A stretch of 64,000 bases of DNA from Podarcis tiliguerta (Eukaryota), in assembly GCA_965153285.1 (NCBI GenBank), contig OZ229120.1. One strand, written 5' to 3'. The notes beneath the pieces are model-generated. The model searched no databases. It was not told the origin of the DNA and saw only the letters and a program-made list of their open reading frames with translations. Each line of letters starts with the position of its first letter. Within the stretch, counting starts at the first letter, position 1. Both the position numbers and the translations under genes were made by a program. Positions 61,495 through 64,000 of the stretch are shown piece after piece.

Positions 61495-64000
61495 TCCCTT
61501 TGCTCAATGGGTCTTCCTTTTCCTCTCCCTGTGTGCCCCCCGTGCCCCCTCCAAATTTGTCCTGGGGGGGTTCCCCAACCCTCCAAAGTAGATTTGAGAA
61601 GAGGAGAAGGTGGGGAAAGTTCTGCCAGCTTTCTGGGCACATAGTATGCAGTAGTTGTGAGAATTTGAACTTATTATTTTTATAATTAGCCTATTATTTT
61701 ATTCCTTTTTATTTGAAAAAATTATTAGTCGAGCAATGGACAGTACTCTACTAATGTTTCTCTTGGTGGAAGTGTTTCCATTTGTGCAATGAGACTTACA
61801 ACCCTCCCCTCTCCCCAAACCTGCTCTATAGGGCTGGGGACCCCCTAAAATGGATTTAGGGGCCACATGGTGAGTGGAGAACATTTGGTTGCAGAAGTAG
61901 AAATCCTTGTGCTGGCAAAATGATTGCCTTAGCAATATGTTGGACTCCCCACACTCTATCTCTCTCTATATCATGCATGTGTGTGAGATACACACACATA
62001 CACACACTACAATACACAGTTGATATTATTAGAAGGCATTTATAAATAGCTAGGATTGACGTTACAAACAAATGCTCCCCTGCCCGAAAGTATCATACTA
62101 TATTGTTTTAACTAATTAAACGATGCAAATCCATAATTCATAATTGGTAGTGTTCCATATCTTCTGCTACACTCAATAAAGTTTTGCCAGTTCACAAAGA
62201 ATTCATCTAAGCACAAAGTATGCAGTCCCTGTGAGAATCTGGGCCAATTTCATAGTTCTTTCCTACCAAATAGAGTGTGTTCCGTCATAATTGAAATAAA
62301 ACAGTGAAAATACTGGGGTTTATACAGGTTCTATTCTGCTGTTCGATATCTCCTGCAGATTTTCTTCCTCTTTGATCCCAGGCTTTCTATCTTAATCTTT
62401 TATCACCAGTTCCTCTTGAGCCCTGTCCATCTCTAATTCTTCTTTCTATGAGGTGTATTATGGAAGAATCTGAAGGGAATTGAAGGTCATTTTGTACAGC
62501 ACTTACTCAGATGCTGGGCCTTCCAAGTCTGACACTCCTAAATTATCCAGATTAGTGGACCACAAGCAGAAAGCAAACCTGTGTAGGTTGTACGATATCA
62601 GACCTCCCTATAGGATAAGTTCTTGCATGCAACTATTTTCACTTCGCTTGTTAATTATTATTATTTTCAGTTCTAACCATCAGCCTTTACTCTGACCTTA
62701 ACAGAACTCTGCTTTTGCCACTGAGTTTCTTCGGACAACAAGCAAGCCCAGCCATGAATTCAGCATGTGCTATTGGTGTTAAAATCAGAGAAATCAATGG
62801 ACATAACATCTGGGTCAATAAAAAGGAACCCCCAAAAAAGGCAAAGTAATTGCTCGCATTTTTGCTTGATAAGGAAAATCAGCATGGAGAATCAGAAATG
62901 TTTTTTGTGGGACAGAGAGAGATAAAAATAAGGAAAAAGTCCCAAGGGAACTTTATATTATGTTTGCTTGAATTTCACGTAGGTTAGCTTCATCAGTACC
63001 CAAAACATTGCTGAAGAGATTTATGTCTCTGAACCTGAACAGTAACCTTTTAAAAGCTCCACTCACACATCATTTGACCAAAGAACAGAGGAGGTAGCAA
63101 GTGTCACCACAATTTCTCCAGGTCCCTCTCATCTTTCAGGTGAACAAAGCGGTGTCTGGCTTTCGGTGTCTGGCTTTTCAGGGTTCTGAATCATACAGGG
63201 AACCTCCACAGATACAAAATTGAGGATACAAAACTGACTTGTGTGAGTGTTTGCAGCGTGTGGAGAGGAGTTATCACCCACTCTCCATTCATCAAATGAT
63301 TACTCTGATAATCAGGGAGGGTACAATTTGCATCCCCACCAAGATACTGGGATGGATGCAGAGTTAACCTCTCTGCCCACCTTGCCCTGTGTCTTTTTCA
63401 TTTTGCTGTCATCACCAAAATCTGGTTGAAAATTTTGCTTAGGCTTCCAGACTGGGGGTTAGCCAGCCCTGACCTATAAGCACCAAGGATAAAACCCTAT
63501 TAAAGTTATATAGACCCCTGAAGTTCCTCATCTCTCTATTCTGCTAATAATAATAATAATTTTTTGGGGGGCATTCATTAAACCAGGGGTGTGAAATTTG
63601 TTTTCGGCTAAGAGCTGTGGTTAGGAACCACATCCCAATAGTGGACAGGGCCAAATCCAAAAGTGCATGGAACCACACCCACCCACCCACCATCTTAACA
63701 GATTCACAGACTCATAAACACACAGTGACAGACATTAACACACAAAATTACATGTCCTGGATTCAGAGGCAATATATCTGAGTAAATCCACTAATGTTTC
63801 TCCTTACTTATTTATTTTATCACACACACACAACTAAATAGTTAAAAACAGACATGCATTGTGTGTGGATATATTCTTAATTGCCTGCATAGTCCTGGTT
63901 GAGTAGAAAATTTCCCCTGCTTCTTTTCCACTTTTCTCCATAGACTTTTAAGAAGAAAGTTTGTTCTTTTAAAACAGCAGATCAATGCAAATATCATGTC

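Noticed and set aside
1-64000. CRISPR arrays, prokaryotic operons, rRNA or an endogenous viral gene
   Set aside because: No regularly spaced repeat-spacer arrays, no long ORFs and no rRNA-like sequence seen. The DNA is vertebrate non-coding.

Overview
Vertebrate non-coding DNA, almost certainly from a lacertid-type lizard. The repeat content points that way: nine Sauria-SINE copies in at least three subfamilies, two Squam3-type SINEs with (CTT)n tails, and BovB, RTE, CR1, L2 and L1 relics. I found no intact host protein-coding exon. The recognisable ORFs are retrotransposon debris and the rest look like chance ORFs. The first ~6.6 kb looks like the distal part of a long 3' UTR of an unidentified upstream + strand gene, ending at a well-formed poly(A) site near 6550-6597. 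The remainder looks like gene-desert or intergenic DNA with many TEs, several of them nested with clean TSDs, and repeat-free blocks rich in TF motifs that may be enhancers. The most unusual items are: (i) a ~800 bp GC-rich insertion without a TSD at 58090-58888 that contains a densely base-paired ~450-nt region; (ii) a 164-bp BovA-like BovB derivative with its own TSD; (iii) two related ~290-bp solo LTRs; (iv) a stem-loop next to the SINE tail that keeps its structure but not its sequence across subfamilies. I cannot support a claim of a new protein-based system. Family names come from recognition, not database searches.
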